A DNA stretch of 64,000 nt from the human T2T-CHM13v2.0 reference genome, Homo sapiens, in assembly GCF_009914755.1 (NCBI RefSeq), contig NC_060930.1; one strand, given 5' to 3'. The position numbers and the translations under genes are program-made. The notes under the pieces were generated by a model. That model did not search any database, was not told the origin of the DNA, and was given only the letters and a program-made list of their open reading frames with translations. Below are positions 43,618-62,945 of the stretch, in pieces. Every line of letters begins with the position of its first letter. The stretch's first letter is position 1.

Positions 43618-43656
<39 letters not shown>
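43613..43656. repeat. (TATC)n tetranucleotide STR
   Basis: 9 perfect TATC units preceded by tatc-gatc. Confidence 0.97.
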
Positions 43657-43660
<4 letters not shown>

Positions 43661-43699
43661 CTCTAATGTTTTGCTTGTGTTTTGCCAGAGTGAACTGTT

Positions 43700-44640
43700 C
43701 TGTTTTCAGTTGTCTGATAATATCTTTATTAGGTTACCACTTGAGTGATATTTTAGGTGAGTATACATTCTAGGGTTTCAGTTATTTTATTTCATCACTT
43801 GAAATCATTTCATTCCCTGGCATTATAAGCAGACATCTGCTTATATGATGTCTGCTGTCAGTCTAACTAGTTTTTTTCTTGGTGTAAGTTATTTATTTTG
43901 TTCAGTTGCTTGTAATAATTGTTTTCTTAATTTTAATGTTTTATAGTTTTACTATCACAAATCTAGGTGTGGACTTTATTATATTTATTTTGTTCAAGAC
44001 TGAATTATTTTTTAAATCTAGATCTAGGAGACTTTTGTTTTTCATTAGTATTGTAGAATACTTAATCATGTTTAAAAATATGGTGTCCTCTTATTTTATC
44101 CTTTCTTTCTTCTAGTGGTCCCATTGAATATATGCTGAATTTTCTCATTCTATCTTCCATGCTTCTAAACATTTTTTTCTTCACATTTTTCTACTTCCTT
44201 TAAAAAATCTGTATTACATTTTGTGGTTATCATTTCAAGCCTATTTTTCAGTTCATCTGAAAAATGTATCTTCAGCTGTTTCTAATATGCTGGTTAAAAC
44301 TCAGAAACTGAGTTTTAATTTTAGTAACTGTGTTTTTCATTTGTAAAAGTTCTGCTTGTTTCTTTTCTCAAATTACCTTTTTTTTTTTCCTAATTCTTGG
44401 TTCTTTTATCATGGTTCTATTGCTTCTTTATATCCTTACTCATTTAAAAATATATTTATCTTATGGCCATTTTCACATCCTATGAAATGTATCTTCTTTA
44501 TGCATTATTGTTCTTTCAATTACTTGTTATCTTTTATTATGAGATCATCTTCAGTAGGATTTGTTTGTTATGTGGAGTCTACTGTACCTGGGGTTGTTTG
44601 TGTGTTCCTTCAGAATAGATTTTTTGCATAAGTTTCAGAG
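43700..44640 (-). mobile_element. HAL1/L1ME ORF1-region relic
   Basis: gtatacattctagg...tctgctgtcagtctaa...tctaggtgtggacttt; highly diverged. Confidence 0.6.
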
Positions 44641-46369
44641 CATGCAGTTTAGTGGGACTTTCAGTTATTAATTTATTCAGTTTAAATTTATTGTCTACTT
44701 CACCTGTAACTTCTTGTTGGTCTCTTGTCCCTCTGTATTTTATTCTGAATGATCCTTCTTCCCCAGTTTTGTAATTTATTGTAGGTTGAGAAATCAGATA
44801 ATCAAGCCTATGAGAAGTCTATTTAAAAGGCAATTTCTTTTGGGAAATACTTCAACTAGCTATAGGGCATTCTTTATCTATTTACAGGCCAATATGTTCC
44901 AAACAGTTAAAATTGCCTGAAATCTGAATTTTAGTTCACTGATATGTTAATTATTTTAAAATAGTAGACTTTTTATATTACACGAGACTAGACAGATAAT
45001 GTAATTATCTTTGTTTTTAATTTAGTAGATGTGAAAACTGAGATCCAACATAATTGGTTTTAGGTCACATAGTGTCAAAGCTGATCTGTGTCCTAAAGTT
45101 GCAGTTCAGGTTATCACTGGTTTCAGTCATTATTCATTGACAGTCTTAGAATGTCACACCAGCATGGTTAACCTCTTCCTGACTCACCTATCTTTGTAGA
45201 TAATTTCTTTGATGATAAAATAACTGTAAAATGTCACTTGCAAATATTTTCCCAGAATTTTAAAGGAGAATCAGCTTTTTTTTCCTGGTCCAATAGAGAG
45301 AATATACAAAGTAAAAATCAAGATAATTACTGTTTACTTCAGCATGTTCTGTCTAAAATTTAGGCCATGCTTTTGTTGGGGCTAATATTACTCCAAATAA
45401 ATAATCATGACGTTATTAGTCTGAACAATTTTGGAGATGGTTTTTATTTTCAAAAATAATGTTACTGAAATACTTACTTTCTCTCCTTCTAACCTGCCAA
45501 ATTTCTGCCCTTCTTCCATTACTAGGTGAAAATGTTGCTTTTTCTGTAGTGTCTTCTCCAACCCTGAAGGCAGAGTCCATACAATGTTCCTTTCATTGTA
45601 TTATAAAATGAAGGGTACTGTTGTCCCTAACAAAGTGGATGGAATGAATTAAGACACCCTAAAGCATTTGTGCAATAACAAGTGGATGACTGATGAAGAA
45701 TATAAGATGAAAGAGCCAAAAATTTTTGTGTGAAAACATGTTGGGAAAATTTTGTTACCATATTATTTTTTGTACATTACAAAATCAAAAAAGGAAAAAC
45801 TATGATAGCAAAGATGCTGAAATTTTAACTTTAATATAACCTATGATTACAAATCTATTATCAAAAACTAAAGTGAAAAAATGTAAAAAATGACAATATT
45901 AATGCCTGAATACAGGAAATAGACACATATTCTGAAAGCTTGACATTTGCAGATTAGCAGATAAAACATGTTAAGTGTTTAAAAAGTTAAATAAAAATAC
46001 AATCTAAATTAGGTTATGGATATGATAAAGCAAGTAGAATATGGATTATTGTTAGTTTATGTGTATCTTAGTCCATTCATAATTGACCTTGTATTATTTG
46101 TACTCTCCGGGCTTTGATCATCACAAAAGGAAATATTTCAAATATTTGTTTTCCAAGTTGTGATTCTACTCTGTGAACTACTACCCATTAAAACAAATCC
46201 TATAGGCTTTCAGGTGGAGAAAAAGAAAATAAAAGTGCTCTATACTAGACTGTATCTAAGTGCTTTGCAAATTTAAATACAGGTTTGCTTTTAGATCTCA
46301 GCCACAATGCTATACAGAATCTTGGTATACTTAAAAACAAGCTCAAAAAAAAAAATACCCAAAACAAAA

Positions 46370-48785
46370 CACAAACCCCTCAACAAAATACTAGCCACCA
46401 GCACCTAACAGCCTATACGAAGAAATATATACCATGACCATGTGAGATTTATCCCAGGAATGCAAAGTTGGCACAACCCATGAATATCAATCAATGTAAT
46501 ACACCATATTCATAGAATAAAGGAGAAAAAACCCACATGATTATCTCAATAAATGCAGAAAAAGCATTTGCCAAAATCTGACACCCTTTTATGGTTAAAA
46601 AAAGAGAAAAACAAGGCAACATACTAGGAATGGAAAGTTCTATAATCTGATAAAGGGCACCTACAAAAAACCCACAGCTAGTAATATGCTCAATGGTAAA
46701 AGACTGAAAATCTTCCCCCTTAGATGAGGAACAAGACAAGGATGTTCACTTTCACTGCTTTTGCTAAACATTGTACTAGAAGTTCTAGCTAGGGAAATAT
46801 TGGCAAGAAAAGGAAATAAAAGGTGTGCAGATTGGAAAGAAGTAAAATTATTTTTATTCCAGATGACATGATAGAAAACACAGAGGAAGCCATTTCTTAT
46901 ATATAGAAAACCATTAAAAATTTCATGGAAAGCTATTAGGTTTAATAAATGAAGGTAGCAAATTGCAGGATACAAGACCAATTTACAAAAGCACTTGTAA
47001 TTAAGTTCACTAGCAATAAACAACCCACAAATAAAATTAAGAAAACAAAATCATTTGCAATAGCATCAAAAAAAAAAGCCTAGGATACGTAGGAATAAAT
47101 CAAGATTTGTATACTGAAAAGTACAAAAAGTCATTGTTGAAAGACATTAAATAAATGTCTTTTATTTAAAAAGTGAATGGAAACACATTCTATGTTTGTG
47201 AATGAAAAGACTTTGTATTGTTAAGATGGTAAAAGACTCCAAGTTGATCTGTAAATTCGATGCAGTATTTATTAAAATGTCAATTGCCTTTTTTAACAGA
47301 AATGGGAAAACTGATCCAAAACTTCATATGAGATAGTAAACATACCTGAATAGTCAAAATGATCTTGAAAAAAAGAACAAAGTTGTAGGACTCACATTTA
47401 CTGATTTCAAACCTGTTAAAAAGTGAGATTAATCAAGCCAGTGTGGTACTGACAGAAATAATAGACATATATCGTTCAATGGAATGGAATTGAGAGTACA
47501 GAAATAAACCCTAACATATATGGTCAGTTGGTCCATTGATTTTCAATGATGGTGCCAAGATCATTCAAGGGGGGAAAGAATAGTCTTTTTTAAAATGGTG
47601 CCATGACAACTTGATATCCACATGCTAAAGAATGAATTTGGATGACTGTCTTACACTATATATAAAAATTAATCCAGCATGGAAGAAAACAGGTGTATAT
47701 TTTCTCTACCTTCAATTAGGCAACAGTTTCTTAGATATGACACCAAAAGCATAAGCAATCAAAGAAAAAAATATATCAATTGAACTTTATCAACATTAAA
47801 AAGCTTTGCACATCAAAGGGCACTGCCAAGAAAGCAAAAAGACAGTTTGCAGAATGGGAGACAATATTTGCAAATCATGTATTTAATAAGGGTCTAGTTT
47901 ATAAAGCATATAAAAAACCCATAACGGTAATAAAAAGGGAAATAATCTAATTGAACAATGCAAAAGTTTTGAGTAGACATTTCTTCAAAGATGATATGCA
48001 GATGGCCAATAAGTACATAAAATGGTGCTCAACTGCATTTTGGGGTGCAAGTCAATACCACAATGAGATACCACTTCATACCCATGCACTAGTATGGCTA
48101 TAATAATAAATTAAAAGTCGCAGAAATTAACAAGTATTAGCAAGGATGTGGAGCTACTAGAACCATCATATGTTGCTGTTGCTAATGTAAAATGGCATAG
48201 CTACTTTGGAAAACAGCCTGGCAGTCCCTTAAAATTTAAACATGCAATTATCATATGACCCAGCAATTCCATTCTTATTATATACCCAAGAGAAATGAAA
48301 ACATATATTTATATCAAAACTTGTACATGGATATTTATAGCAGCATTATTCATAATAGCCAAAGTGGAAACCACACAAATATACAACAACTGATGAATGG
48401 ATGAACAAAATGAGATATAGTTATACAATGGAATATTACTTACCCATGAAAAGAAATGAAGTACTGTTATATGCTACAATGTGCAAGAATATTGAAAACA
48501 TTATGCCTGGTGAAATAAGCCAGACACAAAGGCCACGTATCGTATGATTTCATTTGTATACAATGTTTAGCAAAAGCAAGTGCATAGAGACAGAAGGTAT
48601 ATTAATGATTTCCAGGGGATGAGGAAAAGGGGGAGTAGGGAGTGGGGTTTCTTTTTGAAGGTGATGAAAGGATTTGGCATTAGATAGTGGTTATTGTTGC
48701 ACATTCTTTTGAATATACTAAAGACCACTGAGATGTAGACTTTCAATGGTGAACTGTGTGTATATAAATTACATCTCAAAAAATG
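46370..48785 (+). mobile_element. L1MB-like, 3' half of ORF2 plus 3'UTR
   Basis: atttatcccaggaatgcaa, gcagaaaaagcatttg, gaacaagacaaggatg, catatgacccagcaattcc, ending aattacatctcaa. Confidence 0.9.
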
Positions 48786-49001
48786 AATAACCTAGGAAAA
48801 TTAGCTCAGACCAATTTGACTCAAATTTCTCTCCTATTGTATTAAAAGTATTAATGTTGAGGTGAAAAAGTTGTCAACTTAGCATGTTTTATAGAGGTCC
48901 ACTCTATTTCAAGTGTAATGGTAATTTACAGCTTTGCAGATCCATTCTTGCCAGTCGAAGATGATAAAAATTCAGAGGTCAGTAACATGACTATAATATG
49001 G

Positions 49002-49065
49002 AAACACAGTCTGTGGGCAGTGGAGCCAGTTAAAAACACAGTCTGTGGGCAGTGGATCCAGTTAA
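49002..49065. repeat. 32-bp tandem duplication
   Basis: aaacacagtctgtgggcagtgga(g/t)ccagttaa twice, one mismatch. Confidence 0.95.
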
Positions 49066-50203
49066 AATAGTGTAAGATTGTAAATTTAAAAAGGCACATG
49101 TAAAAATTTATTATTAAAAGATAGATATAAACATTAAAAATTGTATAGTGAAAATCTGGGCCTAAAGTCTGAGATAAAATTCACAAAGAGTGAAGCAGGT
49201 GGAGGAGGTTTTTCAAATAGAAGAAGAAATCAAGCAAATTTATTTTTCACTTGTTATCCTAACCATTATGTAAATATAGGTTAAAATGTTTAGAAAAATC
49301 TTAAGGATAATCACTGAGTTGAAAATAAGAAAAAAAAACCTTTCAAAAGAAAAATCAGACAAAGCAGCAGACAAATACTGCCACGTATAAAGCAAATAGC
49401 AAATAGCAATGAAACATCAAAACAGAAAACAGAACATGAAGACAAAATAAGACCAAATATAAACTTTGTAACTATAAATATGAATGCCTTAAAAATACAA
49501 AGGCGCAAATTGAATCAGGCAAATGAAAAGAAACAAAACAAAAAAGAAATCAGTGCTTGAAACGTTAAAATCAGACCAAGACCATAATAATTAGGTGGAA
49601 TAAAGAGAAGGTCTTTATACTGCAAAAGACCTTTATATTAATGTCTTAATATAAATACCTTGATGTAATTATTTATAATTAAGAATAACTTAATATAAAG
49701 AAAACATCTTTATATTGCTGATTCCCAATGATGATAAAAGTAACAATTGTTACGTGCCAAATAACATATCATCAAAATATGTAAAGTAAAATCATTAAAC
49801 TGCAAGGAAGAAATAATGGAAACATAGTCAGAGATTTTAACCTTTCCTACTCTATGAGATCAAGTAAGCATACAGAAAATCTCAGGAATGTAACTGATGA
49901 GTTAATTTAACAGATACATATGAAACGTTGTGGCTAACAAAAGCAAATATACCTCTTCCTATGCCAATGGAATATTCATGAAAATTGATAATTCAATAAG
50001 TTCCCCAAAGAATAATCGTTTTATTATAATAGAGTTAAAATGAAAATTAGTAAGAAAGATTTAACTCCCTCAAAATCACAACTTAATCATTTAAAATTAG
50101 CTTTACTTTAATTCTTAGTTCTTTAGTTAATTCTTTAGTTCACTTGACAAAAAATATTCCAAGAATGATTTTCTTAAAATATCCAGTTAACAGAGAAGCT
50201 CCG

Positions 50204-50616
<413 letters not shown>

Positions 50617-50664
50617 TTATAATTAAGAATAACATCACCAACTTCACCCACTTACTGACCACTG

Positions 50665-50780
50665 ATTAGGATAAATAGTAGCACCTGCTTTGTAGGAGAG
50701 TGTGAAGATTTTATGTGATAAATTTCTAAAATGCTTACAGAAATATGTATCATAAAGTAAGCCCTCAATAAAAGTCAGTT
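50665..50780 (+). mobile_element. MIR 3' fragment
   Basis: atagtagcacctgctttgtagg...agtaagccctcaataaa. Confidence 0.65.
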
Positions 50781-50810
50781 TTGAACTACAGGTATAAAGT
50801 GTATTTTTAG

Positions 50811-52313
<1,503 letters not shown>

Positions 52314-53818
52314 GAGAGCTATACAAAATTTTTATGTGCACTAATAAATTGAAATATTGTAATAAATGGAATAGCTGTCAAAAATATATTTATATGTAAA
52401 TATATTGTATATATTTCCTTGATTCAAAATAATGGAAGATTTGCTTTTTAATTATTTGAGAATATATTTCTATTATTTTTTAAAAGGTTCCAGAGGATGC
52501 AAAAAGATAAGAAATATCTCTTTGTATTTCAAAGATGGCAAAACCTTGCTACCTTACAAAACTTGCTCAAAGAAAAATAAAACACAGGCCAAACTTGTTT
52601 ATTCATAGAGATAAAAATGCTACATAAATAAAAGTAAATACATCTCAGCATGAAAATTAACAATAACAAGCTGTGATTAAGGGTTTATTTCTGGAATTAA
52701 GGAATGGTTAAATAATTGGATATCTATTTATATAATTCATCTCATCAGCAGATAAAATATGAAAAATGATTTTTTCCACAAAAACTCCTAGTGACTCCTA
52801 ATTAAAGATTCTTCTTTAATATTATAAAGCATGTCCAAAACCAGCAATGGCCATCATTATAGTCAATGACATTTCTATTAAAGTCAGGAACAAGACAACA
52901 AGGCCCACACTATCACCAATGTTCTTTTATCCTTAAAATAAATGAGTTTGAGGACAGAGGCAAAATATTATCACTTGTCAATGATAGGCTTAGGTATCTG
53001 AAAACTTCCATAGACTATGGAATAAGCCTACTATAGCATATTAGCTAGTCATGCAGAAATATATAAACTTTAATAATAAATCAGTAGTTTGAAAGCACGA
53101 TAAAAACAAAATCCCAATTCAATACCAAATATAACCTGGGCATTAACCTAACAAATACAAATAGATGTAGAATCTGTTCAGGAAACATTTTAAACTTCCC
53201 GGAATAATGTAATAGAAGACTTGAACAGACATGGAAGCTGTCTATGTTGTTCATAGGCAAGACCTAACATTAGAAAAATAATACTTTTTCCTAATTAGCC
53301 TATAAATCTAATATGTTTTAATCAAATTCTATTGCGATTTCTTTTAAAAACTTGACAGACTATTCTGGAATTCTTAGGAAGAACAAACAGATAAGAATAG
53401 TAAAGATAATTTTGATTAAAAAGGGTACTAAGGCACTCTTTGGCCTCCTAGAAATTAAACACGTGAGGGTTCTAATAATTAAAATAATAAGATAACAACA
53501 CAGGAACAGACATATTTTTAATAGAAAGAGAAGTCCATAAGGAAACCTAATTATGATGAAAAGTTTATCTTAGGATAGAAATTGATTTTGTGTTTTATCA
53601 CTGAAGAAAGGATACTTCTTTAAAATGGTATTGGAAAAAAAAAAGGAAAATATAATATTCCAACCCTATTTCAGATCTTATCCCAAAAGAAAATTCAGAT
53701 GGATTACAATCTTAGTGTAAGAAATGAAACTATAAAATGACAAAAAGCAAGTATAAAGAAGCTTTTACATGATTTTGGGATGGAAGATTATTTTACTTTT
53801 GTTCTGCAGGTGCTAACC

Positions 53819-54038
53819 CAGTAGGTTTCAAATACATATGTTACCCCTTATATTTGAAAATGTGTGGGCAAGACAGGAAATGGGGGGGCAGATACTGTCA
53901 CAGTGATGGGTGGTGGTGTTACTGATATTTAGTTAGTGGGTGCTGGGGATGCAAAAATCTTGCATGGCATGGGACATTCCCACATGGTAAGGAGCTGTCC
54001 AGCCCCAGATGCCAAAAACAACCACACTGAGAATCACA
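53819..54038. mobile_element. MER20-like hAT MITE
   Basis: ttactgatatttagttagtgggtgctggggatgc...ggacattcccac...ctgagaatcac. Confidence 0.55.
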
Positions 54039-54779
54039 TGTTGTGGAACATTAAGAATTATTTTAAAAGGTCATTATTAATCATGAAGTGGTCCAATAAC
54101 TAATATTTCCTGTCTGAGGTTTTCTCCCTTTCTTCTTTTTTAATGGCAAAATGCCTATAAATGACTAAGACATCTGAATAATGGCTTTTCTGTCCTCTTC
54201 TACATACCAGCTGTAACAATTCGTCAAATGTAGGCAACTAGCTTTTAAAAATATAATGAAGAATGTATTGGTGGTGGTGTAAATTAGAGGCATTTGTAAA
54301 GAGAGAAGATCTCTGGACAAGCTCACATTCGCTATGCCTCATTTCCTCTCCTTTATTGTGTTGATAAAGGGAAATGGTGTTTATTGGGAGAGGACCAAAG
54401 AAGTTGTATTATTTCCAGTTTACACAATTACTGTAAAAGCTTCTCTCAGACAGTCTTACCTCAGGACATTCCGTGAGTCTCACTGTAGAGGATGTCATAT
54501 GCCAATATTTCTTAGGGTTCTTCTGATTGAAATGCCTTTTAAAAAACTTGTTTGAATACCTCAAAATAGGCATGGCTATTAAAAAGAGAGAGTTGAGTTC
54601 TGATAGCTAACATATAAAAGTTTAGTGTATGATAAAAATATTTCATCAGAATTTTCAAAGGGAAAGGGACATTTTGGCTGCAACGAAGAAGGTCACTTCT
54701 CAGAAGCGATTCTCCGTTTTTCAGATCTCCCTGTTAACTCAGCAATGGTAACATTGATTTCATACCTTATTATCCAGTT

Positions 54780-55070
54780 ATGTAAATAATCGGAAAGAAC
54801 AGAATGCCTGACTAAAGTGGTTTAAATGAGTACAGGTTTATTTATTTATTTTTTCTCACATATCAAGAAGTCCAGAGGAAGACAGCTTAGGGCTGGTGCA
54901 GGAGCTCAACAGTCTAAAAACTGGGTTCTTTCTGTTTCCTCTGCCATTCTTAGGACATTGACTTTAATTCACATGCTGGTTACCTCACAGTTATAGGATG
55001 GTTGCTGCAGCTCCTGGTGGTGTAACATCATTCCAGGCAGGAAGAAGGTAAGTGGGGAGCAACCCCCTGG
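54780..55070 (-). mobile_element. Old MLT1 LTR fragment
   Basis: ttttctcacatatcaagaagtccagagg...ggatggttgctgcagctcc. Confidence 0.65.
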
Positions 55071-55214
55071 ACCTGTGTGTGTGTTAGTGCCAACTATTGG
55101 AGGGTGAGGTCCGTTTCTTTCTGGAAGCAAGGAGAAGAGGGAGAAGGAAATGAAGGAAGAAGGGAGGAAGAAGAATGATAAGAAGCTAGCTAGGAAAGGT
55201 AGAAGCGGCAAGAC

Positions 55215-55360
55215 CACTGTACTTCTTAACTTTGACGTGCATGCAGATCACTCGGTTTTGTTAAGATGAAGACTGTGATTCAGTAGGTCTGGAGTGTCTG
55301 CATGTCTAAGGAGGTCCTCCATGATGCTAATGCTGCTGGTCTGTGGTTTATGCTTTGAGC
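55215..55360. mobile_element. MER5A-like hAT MITE
   Basis: tgattcagtaggtctggag...tgatgctaatgctgctggtc. Confidence 0.7.
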
Positions 55361-56269
55361 CTGATAAAGTCTCTTGAGAGTTGAGTTACTTCAATATAAA
55401 ACAATTCTAGTTTGTTTTTTTTTAAGTCTCAATTGAATTTTTAATATGTTCAGTGGTGAAATCTGGATACTCTACTTTATTTAAAGTTCTCCCTCCCTGT
55501 CCTTGAGTGACCTTGTGGTTGGGCCTGCAGCTGGCTGTCTCATTCTTATGGGGCTTTTGTGCAGGACACTCTTCCATCCTCTGCGTCATGGGAAATTTCT
55601 GATTTGCAGTTCTTTCAGGTTGGCTTCTTTATTTCCCCACAAATTCACTTTTCTGCATAAAATCATCTTTTGATCTTGTGGCCACTGAGGTTGGCCTTCT
55701 TTTATCTGGGCATTTGGGTGAAACTGAGAGTCTATTTTGTTAGCAGTGTTAGCCTCCAGGTTCTTTCTACTGCATTTCTCCCTTCCAGGAGGATCTACTT
55801 AGGGAAGACCTAAGACATCCCAAGCCTTGCTCTGTTTCTTGAGTGGATCTTATTGGGTCCATAGGAGAAACCTCACACATTCTTTGCCCAGACACATTCT
55901 GTGACTCCAGGCTATTTCCAATGGAGGAATGTCTCTTTTGTCCACTATCAGGGTAGATAACATGTTATGGATTCTCACACTAGATTTCTCAGGCCTGTGT
56001 CAGACCCTCGCCCACTGTGCAGCCCAGTCTCCAAATGGCCCTACTAATTTTTCTTTTTTTTTTCTGGCTGAAGATAAGGAGTCAGCACACTTAACCCTCT
56101 CCCTTTGAGGCAGGGACATGCATAGCTCTCTTCAAGAAAACTCTCTCAGTTCAAATGTAACCACCTTCTTGAATGTTTTAGACTTCCGTATCTCGGTTTC
56201 CAACCACAACTTTGCAAGTTCTGCATAGAGGATCTGCTAATGGGTTTTGGAATGCCGCGGTGGTTGTCA

Positions 56270-56450
56270 CATTGTAAATATACAGTTGTGCAAGCAGTGC
56301 ATTGCAGAACTCTAGGGGTGCCATTCACCTCCAAGTCACTGCAGATTTGTACAGTGATGATTTTTTCTTAATTGCACTTTATGCAGTTAAGAAAAAGGAA
56401 AGGTTGCCTTTTTCATAATGCACAAAATCCCCTTTTGATCTGCTAGCAGC
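56270..56450. mobile_element. Possible hAT-Tip100 (MER91-like) relic
   Basis: gttgtgcaagcagtgcattgcagaactctaggggtgccattcac; weak match. Confidence 0.35.
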
Positions 56451-56989
56451 TAATTTTGGTGATAGCTGTGTCAGGGTCATCAGAGAAACTGAAAAGTCCC
56501 TCATTATTAGGAATGTTTTAAATTACTTTATAAAATGTTATGAGGACTTGTATATGTTTGATTCCTTATTATTATCCCTTGAATACCCAATGCAAGTTTT
56601 TCTTGTAAATTTTAAATCCTTCATTTGCTTCTTTGGGAGTTTTTAAATTTAATTTTTGAAAAGTAAATATGAAACAGAGGGATTCAAATTTTGGTTGTTC
56701 TTTGCATTCAGATATTCTGCAATCAGTAAGTTGAGTTCCTTTAGTTGATTTATATTTCTTATCAATATTTCAAAGCACTTGTTTCCACAAATTTTCTATT
56801 TAAAACAATTTCTTATTCTTGCATTATAACTTCAAAAACCTTGCTTTTGGCTTTGTTTTTTGGCTCTTACATCACTTACAAATTTTTAAAATTGATTACC
56901 TTGTTTTAAAGGTTGATGACTGCCTGTCCAACTCCATTCCCATCTGGCCTAGAATGTTTAAATTGGCTGTCAGCCTTTTTTTATTTTGC

Positions 56990-59837
<2,848 letters not shown>

Positions 59838-59854
59838 TCACCTTTTGCCATCAC

Positions 59855-60162
59855 AGGGTGGAAAACTCCCTGGGATCATGCTTACACCACCATTTTTGGA
59901 GTATGGGACCCATGAAGGAGCATATACCTCTATTGCATGTGCACATGTTTCTCCTATCATAAATATTCATCCACCTCCTATAGCTCACTAAATACGTATA
60001 TTTGGCCGCCCCATTCAGGATAAATTCTTGTCCCCATTTCCCCTCCCTCAAAGTGTCTTTTCTGGCTTCTGGCCAGACGCTGTGCTTCCCAACCCATCAG
60101 ACAGCCTGGCCACCCTGCAGGCTGCAACTCTTTATGAGAAATAAAGCTCTCCTTTCCAAATT
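59855..60162 (+). mobile_element. MER39-like ERV1 LTR, 3' half
   Basis: catgtttctcctatcataaatattcat...ggccaccctgcaggctgcaactctttatgagaaataaagctctcctttccaaatt. Confidence 0.75.
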
Positions 60163-62019
60163 AATATTATATATATATAATAATCTCCTTTCCAAATTAA
60201 ATATATATATATTTCCAGTCTTTATCCTTTTGAGTGAAATATGGAATGAGATTTGTCTATAGGTTCGTCTATATGCATACAGATTTATAATTGTATAAAT
60301 TAGGCAAAGAACATTTTATGAAAGCCTTTTTATAAGAGTTTATTTTTTCTTGAAATTTTCTGTAACAGATTTTTTTTCCAGTCATTTGCGGGGGACGGGG
60401 TCTATATTAGAACCTACAGGGAGATTTAAATTATTTAAATTATCCCAATTAAGGGGGATATTTTTGAGTCTCTTGATCTGATGATTTAATCTTGTCATTG
60501 CCCTTCATAACACTTGCAAAGCTTAGCAAGATCACGAAGAGAAATTGCATTTTATTCTAGAATCTGTGGTAGAAATCTCTGGAGTTTATCTTTGTAATTT
60601 CTCATTTTTTTCCCTGTAAGAACCACCAATGCTCATTCCACTATCTATGAATAATTTTAGTTGACAATCAAAATATATTAACCCCCAGTGACCCGAAAGC
60701 AATGAAATCCACCATTTCCTATTCTGAAGACTGTTCGGCAAACACAGATTTAAATCTCTTTACACTTCAAAATTTTTTACCAATGAAAAGCTCAATGAAA
60801 TTGCCTACAAATAATTTCTGGATAGTTTAACTTATGCTTTCTGAATTACATTGCATTTTATCCTGCTGATAGAAACTATAGTAAATTTTCATTGTTTAAG
60901 ACCTGATTTTAGAGCTGCTCATGAAGACAATTCCATTCAGATTCAGTAATAAAAATCAAACTTCCCTCCACTTTTGGCCAGAAGAGGGAAGCAGTTGACT
61001 GCATCTGAGGCATCTGTGCATGGATTCCAGCAAACTTTTGTACTTCAAATTAATTACCACTCAATAATGTAATAGTTAAAATAATGCACAGCTCTCAAAT
61101 GTCACTTTGTAAAATTAAAGGAAATGTATAAGGTATGTATTTTCTTTTCGTTCATTTATGTCTTGAAATTACTTAGCTTCTTAGACTGTGTGTTTGTGAA
61201 ATTTAACAAACACTGCTAACTGATAGTCAATCTCTGCTTTAAGTCAGACCTTTACCATTGGATTAGAAAATCAATAACCAAACACCCAGAAGACCTGCCT
61301 TATTGGTCTAAACTTTTGCCTCTGACATGAGAAAGTTATTTCCTAATCGTTCCACACAGTTAAATGCAAGCTCCTGGCAACATGGGATAATATATGTTTA
61401 CCTCTACAATTGCTTATATTAATATTAGGCTGTTATTTTAATTTTAATTTTTTCTTACTTAGGATGTGATCACTCACTTAAATTGCTCTTTTATTGTCTT
61501 GTTCTTGCCTTATCTCTGATATATTTGGTAAAGTACCAGATGAACTTCAGGCTCATCTAAAATGTTTCCCTGAATTAGTTTGTGCTCCAAAGGCCATGTG
61601 GAGTACAGCATTGAGGAAAAGTTTTCTGGATAATTCAATTAAAACAAAAAACAAAAAGCAAATGAAGCCCCTATCATTGAGTAAACATAAGAATTTAAAT
61701 ATTTCTGTTGGTAATTGTACACATTTCCTTTTTCGTTTTGAGTTGATACTAGTTCTGTTTATATAACCAGACACTGTATGATAACTGAATGGCAAGAACT
61801 CAGTCCACTTGCCACCAAGGTACATTGTATTCATCTAGGCCTCACAGAAATAGGGTTACCAGATGACCCGTATGAATTTGTCACTCACTGTTCTGTTACA
61901 GACCTTGTTTTAGTAAAGTGATGTGGGTATTCATTTTCTTCACTGTATTTTTTTATTCCTGCATATATTTAGTTTTTAATTTTTTTTCTTCATTTCACCC
62001 TGATTAAATTCTCATATTA

Positions 62020-62395
<376 letters not shown>

Positions 62396-62431
62396 TCAAA
62401 ATCTATACTCTATTTAAGTGAATAAACAATT

Positions 62432-62945
62432 TGTGGCAGATTAAAGATGGCAACAAGTTTTTTGAGATTCCTCCCAACAAGAGATGGGGTTTTGTCTTTT
62501 TTTCCCTTGAATCTAGGTAGGTTCTATTATTTTTTTGACCCACAGGATATAGTGGAAGTCAGGCTGTGTTGGTATCCTGACCAAGGCTTTAGGATACTGG
62601 AAGCTTTTGCTTTCTGTCTCTTGAAACACTTGACCTTGAATTCCACCTGCCATGCTGTTTGGAAGCCCAAGCTGCACTGTGGAGCAACCCATGTGAAAAG
62701 GAATGGAGGCTCTGGCTGAACTTCTCGTTGACAGACAACACCAAATTGCCAGCCATGTGAGCCAGCCACCTTGGAAGTATCATCTCCAGCCCCAGTCTAG
62801 CTGCTGTCATTGTATGGGGGAGAACTAAGTTTTCCTTGTTAAGCCCTTTTCAAATTGCTGATTTGTGAGCCAAATAAATGATTGTTTTTGCTTTAAGCCA
62901 AAAAGTTTTGGGACAGTTTGATTTACAGAAATACTTACCTGAACA
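62432..62945 (+). mobile_element. MLT1G/H-like MaLR solo LTR
   Basis: tgtggcagattaaagatggc...ccagccatgtgagccagccaccttgga...tttaagcca...ctgaaca. Confidence 0.85.

Noticed and set aside
60148-60210. 17-bp direct repeat around an (AT)n spacer, superficially repeat-spacer-like
   Set aside because: Only two copies at a truncated LTR end; a local duplication, not a CRISPR-like array
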